Shown: in pieces, positions 14,001 through 25,881 of the stretch
Layout of the letters: the number at the start of each line of letters is the position of its first letter
Numbering within the stretch: position 1 is the stretch's first letter
Source of the DNA: Azolla caroliniana
Taxonomy: Eukaryota > Plantae > Polypodiophyta
Length of the DNA stretch: 64,000 nt
Direction: 5' to 3'
NCBI GenBank assembly: GCA_043228905.1
Contig: JBHGNT010000008.1
Coordinates: forward strand, 14,446,001 to 14,510,000
Position numbers and translations under genes: made by a program
Notes under the pieces: model-generated
Told to the model about the DNA's origin: nothing
Seen by the model: the letters and a program-made list of their open reading frames with translations, nothing else
The model's database searches: none

Positions 14001-14709
14001 ACTCCCTCTACAAACCAGCTTCCACCACTTCCCAAGTGGCTTCAAGCCACCGTTTGTGATTCTCATCTCTCTGATGCTGAACTTCATGAGTATACATCTG
14101 GTTCTCGAACACGTAAGTCACAACGGCCTCTTCACTCATGCAACTTTGCCTTATTGTGCACTGTTGTGCAATCAAAAGAACCCACAACAGCAAAAGAGGC
14201 CCTTGTTCTTCCAAAGTGGAAAGCAGCAATGGAAGTTGAACTTGATTCCATTGAGCGGAATCATACATGGGAGCTGGTCCCACGGCCTCCACATCGACAA
14301 GTCATTGGATTGCAATGGATTTTCAAGACCAAATACCATGTCGATGGTACTTTGGATAAGCACAAGGCACGTTTAGTGGCAAAAGGCTACTCACAAGTTG
14401 AAGGAGTGGATTATGAGGAAACTTTTGCTCCAACAGCAAGGTACACATCTATCCGATGTGCGCTTGCACTTGCTGCTCACAACAAATGGGCCATTTTTCA
14501 AATGGATGTCAAGTTAGCCTTCCTTAACGGTGACTTGAAAGAGGAGGTTTATGTTGAACAGCCTCCAGGTTTCGAGATTTTAGAGCAGAAAAACATGGTC
14601 TACAGGTTACACAAAGCCTTGTATGGCTTAAAGCAAGGTCCCAAAGCTTGGCATGACAAAATTGATAGCTTCTTTCTCTCTCTTGGGTTTCAGAACTGTT
14701 ATGTTGACA

Positions 14710-14784
<75 letters not shown>

Positions 14785-17700
14785 CTATCTATCTATCTAT
14801 CTATATATATATATATATATATTTCCCGCTTCCAAGGCATGCCATTAATCAGCTCCTCGGTCGACTCAATGTTTGATGGCCGTTCTGGAGCTGAGAGGAG
14901 GTGTTGGAGGGTGGCAGCTCCAAACCTGCACTCTCTTTCATATTTATTATCTCTATACTACATTCTCTCTTTTCTCAGATTCTTCTCTCTAGAATCTGCA
15001 ACTCTTTAAATGCCTTCTCTCTCTAGAATCTACAATGCTTTAAATGCCTTTTCTCTCTTCTACCTTTTCCAAGATATTCCCTTTTATTCCTCGTGTTTTG
15101 TACCTGTTTGGTAGTACAAGAGTCACTTAACTACCAAACAGCCATTTCACCCACATTTCCCAATTTTGTATAAATAGGCTATACCAGCCTCTTTTGTATA
15201 GTTTTTCATTTTCTTTTTTGCTACTTAAAACAAGCTCTATTCCTTGGTTGTGTCTCTACTCTTTGCAACCATTTTTTCTACTGCTGTCTAACAGCCTTCT
15301 CACAGCTTGACTGTGCCTATTTTGTTTTAAGTCTTCCGCTGCTGCTATTAACAGCTTTTCTCACAATTTGTCCATGCTTTCCACACATCTTTGACCAAGC
15401 CAAATCCTTGTACGAATTTCTCTCACAACCACAATGTGCACTCTCGATTACAACATTCATTGGTAAAGTTCTTGAACATCGAGAGTTGCTACTCACTTTC
15501 ACACGTATCACGTGAAATGTAATATTTTTGGTCTCATAGGTCATATTTGACCTCCGAAGACGATAATATAATCTATCTATCTCTCAAGGGCTTCCAAATG
15601 GAGCAATCTTTGAAGCACAAAAACACCTACAATGGTGAGAATGGCAAGATCATGGTCCACAAGCCCAAGCCTACATGCATGATAAATTACTATTGCTTGA
15701 TCTATTGCAACCCTTGTGGAATGTCCTGGTCAGGGACCCAAACCTTCATTAACGTGCAGCACGTGGAGTGATGGGGCTAAAACAAGTTGCGATTGTTCTT
15801 TGTTGATGAGCTTGTATGTTGTATTGTTGTCCTTCCAACGACTTCTTCATGTGTCTCTTTAGTTCTAGCAAGAATTCTCAAGCACCATTTGTCCTCATAT
15901 TCCATTACCTTGATGAGGGGGCTAAACCCTTGGTTAAAGAGACAATGGTATCTCACTCTTATTTCATAAAAAACAGATAATTGGCAAACATAGTTTTCTT
16001 CATATTCCACTCCTTGATGACGCCATAGGTATGAGCATATCTGCGTAACTCAATCAATTGATGTGAAGAGGTTCATACTTGTCCTATCACACTACACAAT
16101 GCATGCAATAGATATAATCCACGTAAGAGGACTTGATGAATTCATCATCCAATATGTGTCAATAGTGTGCCTTATAGTGGGCCACCTTCCTACACGAGAT
16201 GTTGTGGGGTTAATGCATGTTCTTCCTTTATCCAAATTGATAATATCAGTTTGGATCACTCTATACTTTTCCACTTTGGCCATATTCAGATGGTGGCAAT
16301 CAAAGGTATATTGGAACAGGGGTAGTGCATTTATGCCTATACCATGAGACTCAAACCATTGTTGCGTTTCAAAATACCAACAATGATTATCTTCATGTTC
16401 AACAAGTTGTTTTGATGACATGAGAGCCAACCTTGAGTACCTTCGCTTAGGAATCTCCCCAAGACGTTGGATACTGATCACTGATCGGAATAATGCCTTG
16501 GTGATCGATCATTGGGGTTGCTCCCATCTCCACTAGAGATATATCAGGGGGCACCATCACTTTGCTCGTGGAACCGTACATGTATGGAGATCTCTAAAGG
16601 GATATCACAATTGAAAGCACATTTATCCTCAGCTAAAATCTTGAAATGTGTGGAACAATTATACATGATGAATGAAAGACACATGTCCAACATGTTTGCC
16701 ATAATGAAAATGGAAGCTTTTGAGTACAAGGAGGTAATGGGAAGTGTTAGAAAACTTCAAAATGGCAAGGTTGCAAATACACTTCACCGACATTCAGAAA
16801 TGACCAAATGGGCTAGCCCAGTGCCTAAAGAAGGATTGTATGCATTACTAAATCGGGTAGTGGCACAAGATTTTCCAACAGATTGGCAGGATAACTGGAT
16901 AGACACCATACAAATGTGGGAATAGAAATTGGTTCACCAACTATGAACGATTATGATGATCTTCTATCACAAAACTTCTAAACAGTATTGCTTAGTGTTT
17001 ACTCAATAAAAGGGCATCCCAACTGAACCAACACGTCTTGCGGCTGAAAACCCTCATAGGTTCTTATGGATTTGTCCCAATTCCTAGGATAACTAGTTCC
17101 CCAATTCCCTCACCCTTAAAACCATAGAAATTAGCTTTAGAATTGGTCGCACTCTCAAATGACTCCATTAGCTCTAAAACTGAACTTGAGTTCTACACAA
17201 TGCTACTTGATAGTGGATTACAATGCAAAATTCAGAGCAGAAAAATGAGGACAAGAGAAGAAGGAAAGAGATCATCATTTCTGATTTCCAGGAAGAGAAC
17301 AAAAAGAACAAGAGAAGAGCAGCAAAGAGAACATTGTTTCTCATTTATTTTCAGCTTGGGCAGAAATGTCATTCTGTGTTATTATGGCAATGGATTGCAA
17401 TGCTAAATGGGGAGATTAGTTATGGTGGACGACTCTGAGTAGGGAAGGTGGATACTTTTCATGAGTCCTCTTCTCCTCCTTTTTCTTCCTTCTTCTTCCT
17501 TCTATGGACTAATCATTTTTATCCATAGCAACAAAGCAAGACAAAGATACTGATGTGGCTTTTTTCTTTTGACCATACCCCTTCTTCTAAAACATGACCT
17601 TGATTGAATTGCATAAGTTTCTCTAATACTTTTTTGTGTCAATACTAGCAAAGACAATGAATTATTCCATCAGTTATTAGGCCGTATTGTCTCGAAAACT

Positions 17701-19741
17701 TACCCTACAGCATGTGGCAGTCAGCAACAAAATTATCTTAAAAAGCAGGGAATTAGATCCTAAGTTCATCCTTCAGGTCACCCTTACACTCCCTCACAAG
17801 GCATTGAACTTAAAGAATTAAAACTTGTGATTTGTTTTCCGCAGGCTTGAGGCATAGATTGTGAGCAATATGCAAGATCCTCACCATTAGTCTCGATGCA
17901 TAGAAACCCATTCAGCATGACCTCCCTACTAGTCTAGGTTATCTAAACTAATGTCAGCTCTGGTCATAACTTGTGGTGAACATTGTACTGATTAATTTCT
18001 GTCACCAAATTATATATCACTCGCTTTACTCTGGCCTCCACCCTACTACATTCACATCATTTTGAGTAAATATATATCTTTGCCACAAGCTGCTGAAGGA
18101 TTCTCTATCATTTACTTACAGGACTCTTCGGCAACCAAGCAAATGATAGAAAGGAAAGAATTCAAAAGTTACAGGACCCATCATTTATGAAAGGGACTCG
18201 GGACAACACCCACATAAAACCGTATTACTAGACAAAAAGAGCAAAGAAAATACCCTAGGAAGATTGCCATCCCTTCCATAAACAAAGGGCCATGTAGCAA
18301 TGGGCACGGTTAACCGAACCGAACCGTTAAGTCATGGTTTTAACGGTTTATTGATTCCAGAAATTTTTAATGGTTTGGTTTGGTTTGGATTTTCGATAAA
18401 TGGTTCGGTTCTAAAACTCGGGTTTATAGGTTTGGTTTAAAGGTTTCTAGGTTTTTGGTTAACTTTTTTTTACCTTAATAGTTTATTAATTTAATAGTTT
18501 AATTACTGGTTTTTTATTGATTTAATTAATTTAACTTAAATGATTATTTAATTTAACGTATTTTTGTTAATTTAGATGTTTAATTAGTTTGATTTAAATG
18601 GTTTGGTTTTAATTTTTTATTAAATGGTTCAGTTTGGTTTCAACTTTTCCCTAAATGGTTTGGTTTAATTTTTTTATTAAATGGTTCGGTTTGGTTTCAA
18701 CTTTCCCTAAACGGTTTGGTTTGGTTTTTGTTTTATATAAACGGTTCGGTTCGGTTTCTTTGCCTTGAAACCGAACCGTGCCCATTGCTAGGGTCAAGTG
18801 TAATAGAAAAATTCACTAATTGCCATATCTCTAATCAACAAAAGAGCGATTTGTGATAGAAGCTTCTGTAATTGAGAAAATGAAGAAAAAATAGCAAAAC
18901 AAAGTGGAAAAACTTAAGACACCTTACCAGATCTTTCATCAATGACAGGTGTGTGAAAGAAATCTCTATGAGCATCCAAGTACAGCCGAGAAACCTCATG
19001 GCCAGCTTTATAGCTTTCCAGAAAAATATCATCTATGTCTTTCAGAACAAATGCCAACCTTCGACTGCTTATCCATGGGATCGGAGATAACGGTGGTTGT
19101 TCAAATGGTTTACCTATTGCCCTGAAATGCTCTTCCTGATACTGATGATTTTCTTCTTCTCCCTCGTGATGATGACGATGCTTCCCAAAACCTGAATTTT
19201 CATTTCTACTCTCTGAATCATCGTCATCGTCGTCAGGTTCGTCATCCTCATCCTCATCATCTTCATCCTCATCATCATCATCATCCAATCCGTCTTCTTT
19301 ATTCCTGCCCTCTCCCCGATTCTTATCTCCATAACTCTTTGAGGTTGAGGAAGGAACTAAATTATGGAAAAAATCAGGCTGTGGCATACTACGTGCCCTC
19401 GGCAATGGTTTTTTCTCTTTCTCAAACTCAGGAGGTTCCGGGGGTGCAAGAACATGAGGGAGACCAGAGCCAGTATTCACACCCCTAGTACTCATATTGG
19501 CCATGGCCATAGCTCTGGAAGAAGGCAGGGAAGCTTTTTCTTCGTGCAACATTGAAGAGGAAGGATCTTCTATCTCGGCAAATTGCCGTATAGCTGCACC
19601 TGTATTCTTCAAAGAGGAAATATAGTAAGCGTGTGAAGAAGCAAATGCGTGTCTGTGAGAGGAAGCTTGTTTTATGTGTCGTTTCCTGGCCTTGCATAGC
19701 AGAACTTCCTCTGCCTCATCCTTAGAATTCACACACCCCAT
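1316..19741 (-). CDS. DUF630/DUF632 domain protein (NRG2/APSR1/REL2-like family), 4 exons, ~650 aa
   Basis: complement(join(18928..19741,2639..2793,2332..2552,1316..2078)); all introns GT-AG with matching phases 1/0/2; total 1953 nt. N-terminal MGCVNSK...[12 protein letters not shown]...[24 protein letters not shown] (DUF630); [16 protein letters not shown] and [19 protein letters not shown] (DUF632). Confidence 0.9.
2332..2552 (-). CDS. DUF630/DUF632 gene exon 3
   Basis: Acceptor ACAAG|GCG; [12 protein letters not shown]...APQLVNLLE; donor GT|GTAAGT, phase 2. Confidence 0.82.
2639..2793 (-). CDS. DUF630/DUF632 gene exon 2
   Basis: Acceptor TGTAG|GG (phase 1); encodes ...[23 protein letters not shown]; donor AAG|GTAATT. 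Confidence 0.88.
2808..3410 (+). mobile_element. Degenerate RTEX-like LINE ORF2 C-terminal fragment
   Basis: Colinear similarity to 10430-10895 plus 15366-15500 (AAAAGAtCCAAAAGAC...TGCAAGATATG...ATCATGACATGGGAAAAATG...TATCACACTTTGATACAA). Confidence 0.75.
3505..3600 (-). mobile_element. LINE 3'-end remnant with (CT)n tail
   Basis: Minus-strand TTTTTGGTCTCATAGGACAT..GATAATAAAATCTCTCTC resembles the terminus at 15525-15587. Confidence 0.6.
6891..7430. mobile_element. hAT-type MITE inserted in Copia copy 1 RNase H
   Basis: TIRs TAGCAATGAGCACGGTT / AACCGTGCCCATCGCTA; perfect 8-bp TSD CTGACAGC (6883-6890, 7431-7438); internal GGTTT/GGTTC subterminal repeats. Confidence 0.9.
7113..8157. repeat. 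Tandem triplication (~340-360 bp) of MITE right arm + TSD + Copia flank
   Basis: Units start GTTTATTAATTTAATGG at 7113, 7449 and 7811; each ends with the right TIR, a TSD variant and CAAAGTGCYC. Confidence 0.88.
8865..9375 (-). mobile_element. Solo LTR of a Tcn1-like Gypsy family
   Basis: Termini TATCAC (from TGTCAC)...GTGACA; perfect TSD GTTTT (8860-8864, 9376-9380); minus-strand TATAAATA followed by TTCGACGCCA, as in the 36443 LTR; TTCTAGAA-rich U3. Confidence 0.8.
11577..14876 (+). CDS. Copia Gag-Pol polyprotein (Gag, CCHC knuckle, protease, GAG-pre-integrase, integrase, N-half of RT), truncated by a microsatellite
   Basis: 1099-aa ORF with [86 protein letters not shown]. Confidence 0.92.
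14714..14822. repeat. Compound microsatellite (CT)n(ATCT)n(AT)n
   Basis: Directly visible. Confidence 0.95.
15780..16500 (-). mobile_element. Degenerate LINE ORF2 C-terminal fragment
   Basis: Minus-strand fragments [15 protein letters not shown]...[13 protein letters not shown] resemble the post-RT region of RTEX-like LINEs. Confidence 0.5.
18295..18790. mobile_element. hAT-type MITE, second copy of the same family
   Basis: Perfect 17-bp TIRs TAGCAATGGGCACGGTT / AACCGTGCCCATTGCTA; 8-bp TSD GGGCCATG/GGGTCAAG (6 of 8 match); body colinear with 6891-7430. Confidence 0.88.
18928..19741 (-). CDS. DUF630/DUF632 gene exon 1 (DUF630, acidic D/E tract, start of DUF632)
   Basis: ATG at 19741; donor CTG|GTAAGG, phase 1. 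Confidence 0.9.
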
Positions 19742-19749
19742 TGCTGGGT

Positions 19750-20133
19750 GGGCAGCAGCAGCAGAAGAAGAAGAAGAAGAAGAAGAACAGGGGAATGCTT
19801 TACATATCCATCATATACACACAAAATCTGTAGCTATATATATATATATATATACATAGCTAAGAAGAGAGAGATAACATGATCCAGGATCAATCTCTAC
19901 ATCTTCTTTTGGAAGACACTTCCACTGTCTTTTGTTCTGCCTCTGTTTTTTTTTAGGGTTTAGAATTTGTCTCTTCTTCTGCTTCGTCCTTTTCCCACCT
20001 GTGTGTGTATGTGAGTGGATGTGTAGGAGGTACACATACATACATACATACATACATACATTTAGGTAGAAGAAGGAGTGTAAAAGGCTGAGAGAGAGAG
20101 AGAGAGAGAGAAGGGCCTAGCCACGTGTGAGAG

Positions 20134-20169
<36 letters not shown>

Positions 20170-20462
20170 CTTGAGTGCTCTCTGCTCTGTTTTCTTTGCT
20201 TAGGTTCTTCTGGTAGGCAGCAGTTGTTGGGGCGGGCCCAGGAGAATCATGGATACCCGCCTGCCTCCACATCCGATCTCGACCTTGATGGTGCGATCAT
20301 CTCTTTTATACTTGGATGCACGCCTGCTCCCCGATATTGTCCATCTATCCCGATTGTTGCATCGTGTTTATGTATGTATTTCGGTGCATTGCTTTGTTGC
20401 ATGTGTGCTCGGAAAGAGTCCTCTGTGTAGCATCGGTTGCACATGTTTTAGATCGAGACACT

Positions 20463-20493
<31 letters not shown>

Positions 20494-20495
20494 AG
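19750..20495. repeat. Microsatellite cluster in the 5' leader/promoter of the DUF630/632 gene
   Basis: (GAA)n, (AT)n, (ACAT)n and three (GA)n tracts directly upstream of the ATG. Confidence 0.85.
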
Positions 20496-23316
20496 TCTTG
20501 GGCAGCATCGGGCAAACGATTGATTGTTCAACTCTTAAGAACTCGCATGCCTTGAATTCTCGAGAGATACATACGTATCACCTTCGACATCGTCGCATAT
20601 GCTTCATTCCTCTCTGTATTCTTCCAGAACCCAGTTTTGCAACAGACCGCACATCATTTACTTAGTGTTCGTTTCTTATGGCCCATACTTACATTAAATT
20701 AGCGAGAAATTAAAAGTTTGTTGAAAGACTTGTGGACGTAAGGGCATCTAACGTATGGATTGTTATCGCCCAAATACATACATAAAGGTTATAAACACTA
20801 TACTAATTGCACAAGTCATTTTGTGTGTGTGTGTGCATCGTTGCACACATATCACCTCTTCATGAACTTGGGAACTCACCCAATACATTACAAACATATT
20901 ATGCACACTATGTTGCGAAGGGAAAGGCAATTGATACATGTACCATCATCCCCCTCATACCGTGTGAGCGTGTCCCATCATCATGATACTAGTATTCCCT
21001 ATTGTGGGTCAAGTCACTTGTAAAAGTGATGCCTCTTAGAATTTTTGATGTCGTAGAGAGATATTGCATAGAGCTTTACTACTTTGACTCATCATCGCGC
21101 TTTTATTCATCTACTTTTACTTTATTCTTCCGTGGAAATGCAATTTTGTACCATTTATACTCCATATGTTGGGAGTGTTCATGCATGACGCCTTGAATTA
21201 GGGTGCAAGACTTGACTCGGTGTATTAAGCCTCGTTTTGATTGCATTGCATGAATATATTATATTATTGAAGAGGGTCAGGGTGCAACAATAACATTACG
21301 TGTGAAGGACAAGGCCATGCATTTCCCTTGTTCGTATAGCATTTGAAACCTAAAGGAAGTCACACATTTGTTGTTGTTAATGGTTTTTTAATAACTTTAT
21401 CAAGTACAAATATGTCAAGCATAAGCAATAGATTAATACAATTTTCTATTTGTTTTTTAACTAAGGTATTTTATTCAAGCTTTACGTTGAACTTTTGTGG
21501 TTGCTACGCTTCTCAAAATGATGAATTCTATCTTTAGGGAGCCACCACTCGGTGGAAAGTAATACTCGGAGGACTACTAGTCTCATGCACGAGTTATCGC
21601 ACTCACACAAGTTGTTAGTATGGATGTGTATATACAAACATGCACGCATGTAACATTCAATAATTGCAAGTGGAGACCATCCTTGATAAATAAGGTAATT
21701 TCAATATTACACAGTGTATTATGGGGAAATATTATATTGTATTGTCCTTCACAATCCTAAATATATTGTAATGCCCCTTCCAAAAAAAAGTGTGCTTCAA
21801 CTTTATGGTATGTGTGCTTTACTTGGTACTAGGTTGCTAGGCAGTCACAACCCTAATGACATAACAAGCTCCAAAACCTAAGGTTAAGAGTTCAGACGCC
21901 TTTTCCTAGTCACCTACTAGACAGTGACAAAAAATAACAACAAAATTGCTTGCTAGCTTAAACTTGACATGGAGTAAGTGAATTCTTGACCAGTGAAGTA
22001 TGATTGGTAATAATATTATGTTATTAATCGTTCATGTAAAATGTCATGTTGCTAACCAAATTATTCACGTTGAATATTTTTATTGTGTAGTAAAAGGAAG
22101 TATGTTTTCTATAGTAACCACCCTATAGAAAAATTACAAGGGGTTATGTAATAATATTCTTAAAACTACAAAGAGTCCAAGTAGTAATAAAATTAATTGT
22201 TACCAAGATGCACATACACTAAACATATGGTTAGCCAGCGTCATGTGCTTGAGGAATATGGAAAAATCAACAAATATTACAAGTGGAGATGTTGTCTTCC
22301 GTCGTTCTAATGGCCCATTTAAATATATATTGAAACATGTATGTGCAATGTTTGTTGCAATCGTATGAATATATCTGTGCCAATGTATATTACATTCATT
22401 GTATGACCATGTCCTTGTATTAAAAAGTGGTTAAGGAGTCATATCAACACAATACCATGTACCTCGTCCCGTGCATTTAGCTACATGGGCATGTGCAATG
22501 CTAGCGTGCACCTATACGAATATATGAGTGCTAAGATATTTACCTCAAATAATACAACACACATATAATTTGAGTTATCATGCAACTTTTGAGAGGCCAT
22601 CACATGCCCCAACATTGTGTAACTTGGTGGTATGAATACATAGTTAATATATTATATCATGATGGTTAGTTTGGTCTGAATCGTGTTGTTTGCACAAGTT
22701 TCCACCATGCAAAGCAATCTTCCTTTCCTCACTTCGTCGATGCCATTAGATGCATTTGAGCTCTTTGGGCATGATACTTGAGATCATTCATGTCTCCCAC
22801 ACTATTACCATGAAAACATGGGTTCGACAAACCAAGGGGGGTCCACATATCCCATGTTGTATAAATGATATAAATGGTTACTTTGTGATCCTAATCTAAT
22901 CTACCTTTTATGTTGTTTATTACTTATCGTGTTAAATGTTACATGCTTAACCCTCGCGTTTTTGTGCTTGATATTTATTTACCCAAACGCCCCACATTTT
23001 AACATAACGATTCATCCTTAATCAAGTATAATTAACATGCAATCATTGTAGACTCAGTTTTGTGTGTTTCTAGTAAGGAAATTATGTTATCAATATATTT
23101 TTGAAGATATTAAAGGTCCACAAAATCGACCTAATTCTAATTAAGCCAGATCAAAGTTCAGATATTCCACAAATCTCCAAGGTTTCTTGTTCGGTGAAGG
23201 GCCCTGAGAGCACCACATTTGTTTGGAATTGGAATGTATGTGGTGCTTGCTACTCTTATTATGTTTGATTATATGAATCGTATATCTCACAATTGTAGCA
23301 TCGAGTCCGAAGATCA

Positions 23317-25881
23317 AAACCCTAACAGATGCTCGTTTTCTCCGCTTCCACGATCGAATTCGCCGCTTTTGGACAATCACGATTCGGGAGACACAAACAG
23401 ATGGATTTCTGCAAGAGATATATCGATTATATCTACCTTGAAACGATGGATTTCTGCAAGAGACTGCTGCTGCTGACTGCTACCGCAGACAAAGCAAAAG
23501 CAACACGGGGAATAAGAATCGTTGTGCCTGGACATTCTGCGACAAAAGGTTGGTTTGCTGACTTCCATATTTCTCTTTCAGATCTTTTTTGCTATATTCA
23601 GACGGATTTTGTGCCATTTTCTCATCATTTCCTGTTGATTTGAGGCATGGAAATTTGGCCCCCCTCTTCATTTTTTCAAGCTTAAGTTGAGAATATTTAC
23701 TAAGTGGAACAAAGATCCTTTGAGAATAGTTACTGTAAAATTTCCAACTAATTTGTAATATCATCTCACCAAGTTTATTCCATTATTTTATGCATGGAAG
23801 GGAAAGCTAACAAGTATTAGAATGCAAGTTTTATCATTGTCCAGTGAGTGCTTGTATTCTTTTTACTGAAAAATAAATTCTTGTAGGAGAATAAAATAGT
23901 AGTGTGTTACAAAAGTTATTCCCTTCCTGATAATATGCATTGAACTGCATCCTTCTCCAAATCACATATGTTGAAAATCTTGGAATGGATCATTGGATAC
24001 GTGCATTTTCATCATTCCATTTATTAAAGGTTGTAGATGCTTCCCGACAGTAAACCTTGGGCTACTCTCTTATGATAAACTTGGAAGCTGCTCAGAATAA
24101 GGTGAATGTGCATAGGGTGTGGTGTTTATATCAAAAAGTTGAATGTGGTGAGGAAAAAGTGCTTCCAAAGGCTCCAACAAGAAGTAAAATGTCAAAACAT
24201 TAAAGAAAGTTCCAGCAGAGAAATAACATGAATTAGATCTCTAATGATATCTATTAATGTCTGCCATCTTAAAATCTGTATTTGGTCTCATTTTCTAAAA
24301 CATCATAGAACTTAATTTTAGATGGCTGTGTATTGCATCCTCTATCTTATTGTTTATAAAGCCAAAGGCCAGAAGAAGTATGTTTTTCATCCATGGTGCC
24401 AATGTAGTACAGTTGTGTGTATATGACAATGTCATCTTTACTTTAGAACATGTGTAAAGCTACTATTTCCTTGCAGTGTTTCAAATCCTGCATTTCTACC
24501 CTAAACCCCTGGAGTTCCTAATATTTCTAGTATTATTTGCATTTACGTTCAAGTAAGTTCATACTTTTCTATGCTTAAAGTGTCAAAGGAGTGATATAGA
24601 ACTTGTCTTTTTGTGCATTTATTGGCATTTCAGTAATTTCAATAATTGGAACTGATCATGGATCAATACATATTACAATAAAAATTATTATTATGATACT
24701 ATCTATGCCTTGCAATTTTTTTTGACACAGGTCTTGGATAATTGGATGTGCTGTCAAGTTGAGGAGCTCACTTTAAAGCGGTCGTTCTTGCAGCAATAAT
24801 GATTGGATTCCACTCGACTAGGTTTGCTCCTGGTGATTATTCCAATTTACATTTTGAACATTTATTTGCACTGGCTAAGACAATGGCCCTTGGTTTATGG
24901 AAAGTGATTTCTGCACATATTTCTAGGAGTAAATTTTTAGTGTGCATGATCTCATTTCTAAAAAATACTAAGAAGTTGTAGAATGTAACATCAAACCTGT
25001 ATGTTGGTACTTTGTCTCACAATGTTCAGGTTGCAAATCACAAACGTCACAACACCATGATGGTTAAAGCTTGAAGTTTTTTGACGAGGTAAGCTCATGA
25101 ATCTATAAGTGACAATTTTGTTCAATGTCTAGTTTCTTGTATGGTCTATAAGCCACAAGATGTTTCTTTTACATTGTGCTTTAGCGGTCTTGTTGTTCAT
25201 GCTTCTGAGAAATAGTAGTTTCATATTTAACTGGTCTGGAACTGTTATGTTCTCGGGAAACTGACCAAACAAAATCAATTAATAATTTTTTAGCACTGAA
25301 CCACCCTCTGCTGTGATGTCTAATCCAGCTCCTCTTATGGCAATAGTGACTTCCTCTTCCAATTACATATTACGACGCTTTATTAAGTTCTATTTTGGTT
25401 CTTCTAGGTGCTCGTTTATCCTTTTTATGGTATGCGTGCACAATGTGTCGTGTTATTTGTACAAATAAACAACAGTTTGTAGTCCAATGATGTTGTTTTT
25501 GAAACTTTTTAGCACAAATATATTATTTTAAAATATTCCCAGGGATATTGTTTTTCTGGAGGGATTGATTATTATGTGATCAGATTGTCGGTTTCTGGCA
25601 GATTAGTTTTGGCTTATGGTGGAAAACTAGTGTAAGCACATGAACAGTGGAAGGCGTGGTTAAGGGATTGTTGCATTTGTTTGTAACATTTTAAATTTTT
25701 ATGTAAGGATAATATAGCCTCGTTACTTGCTTTTTTTAAAACAGCCTCAAGTAGTTCGACTCACAAGCTATGAGATGAGGCTTTGCTTCAGAAGCTACTG
25801 TTTATGATCCTAAAGTAAGTCTAAGCTATGAGATGAGGCTTTGCTTCAGAAGCTACTGTTTATGATCCTAAAGTAAGTCTA
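23317..25881 (+). ncRNA. Candidate spliced long non-coding RNA
   Basis: Telo-box AAACCCTAA 23317-23325 and GC-richer first exon (donor 23549); AG/GT-bounded putative exons 24037-24101, 24477-24552, 24731-24780, 25030-25088, 25408-25429, 25745-25814; two exons have stops in all three frames. No expression evidence. Confidence 0.4.
25765..25881. repeat. Perfect 58-bp tandem duplication
   Basis: AAGCTATGAGATGAGG...TAAAGTAAGTCT twice (starts 25765 and 25823). Confidence 0.95.

Larger units (their letters stand above)
10896..15365 (+). mobile_element. Copia LTR retrotransposon copy 2 (RT C-half and RNase H deleted)
   Basis: LTRs 10896-11345 and 14902-15365 (TGTTG...TCACA); PBS TGGTATCAAAGC 11346-11357; PPT GAGAGGAGG 14893-14901; TSD ATTCA/ATTTG. 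Confidence 0.95.
3640..15587 (+). mobile_element. RTEX-like LINE (degenerate ORF2) split by three LTR-element insertions
   Basis: Pieces 3640-3698, 8813-8864, 9381-10895 and 15371-15587 rejoin: ATLEC|[17 protein letters not shown]|RPST..KWFDKEC; RT motifs FVDFKNAFD and [11 protein letters not shown], with LLYA truncated before DD; C-terminal CTLC...[10 protein letters not shown]; 3' tail (ATCT)(CT). Confidence 0.8.

Noticed and set aside
16512-16925. 137-aa plus-strand ORF in intron 1
   Set aside because: Non-ATG start, no motif I recognise, adjacent to LINE debris; cannot be supported as a gene.
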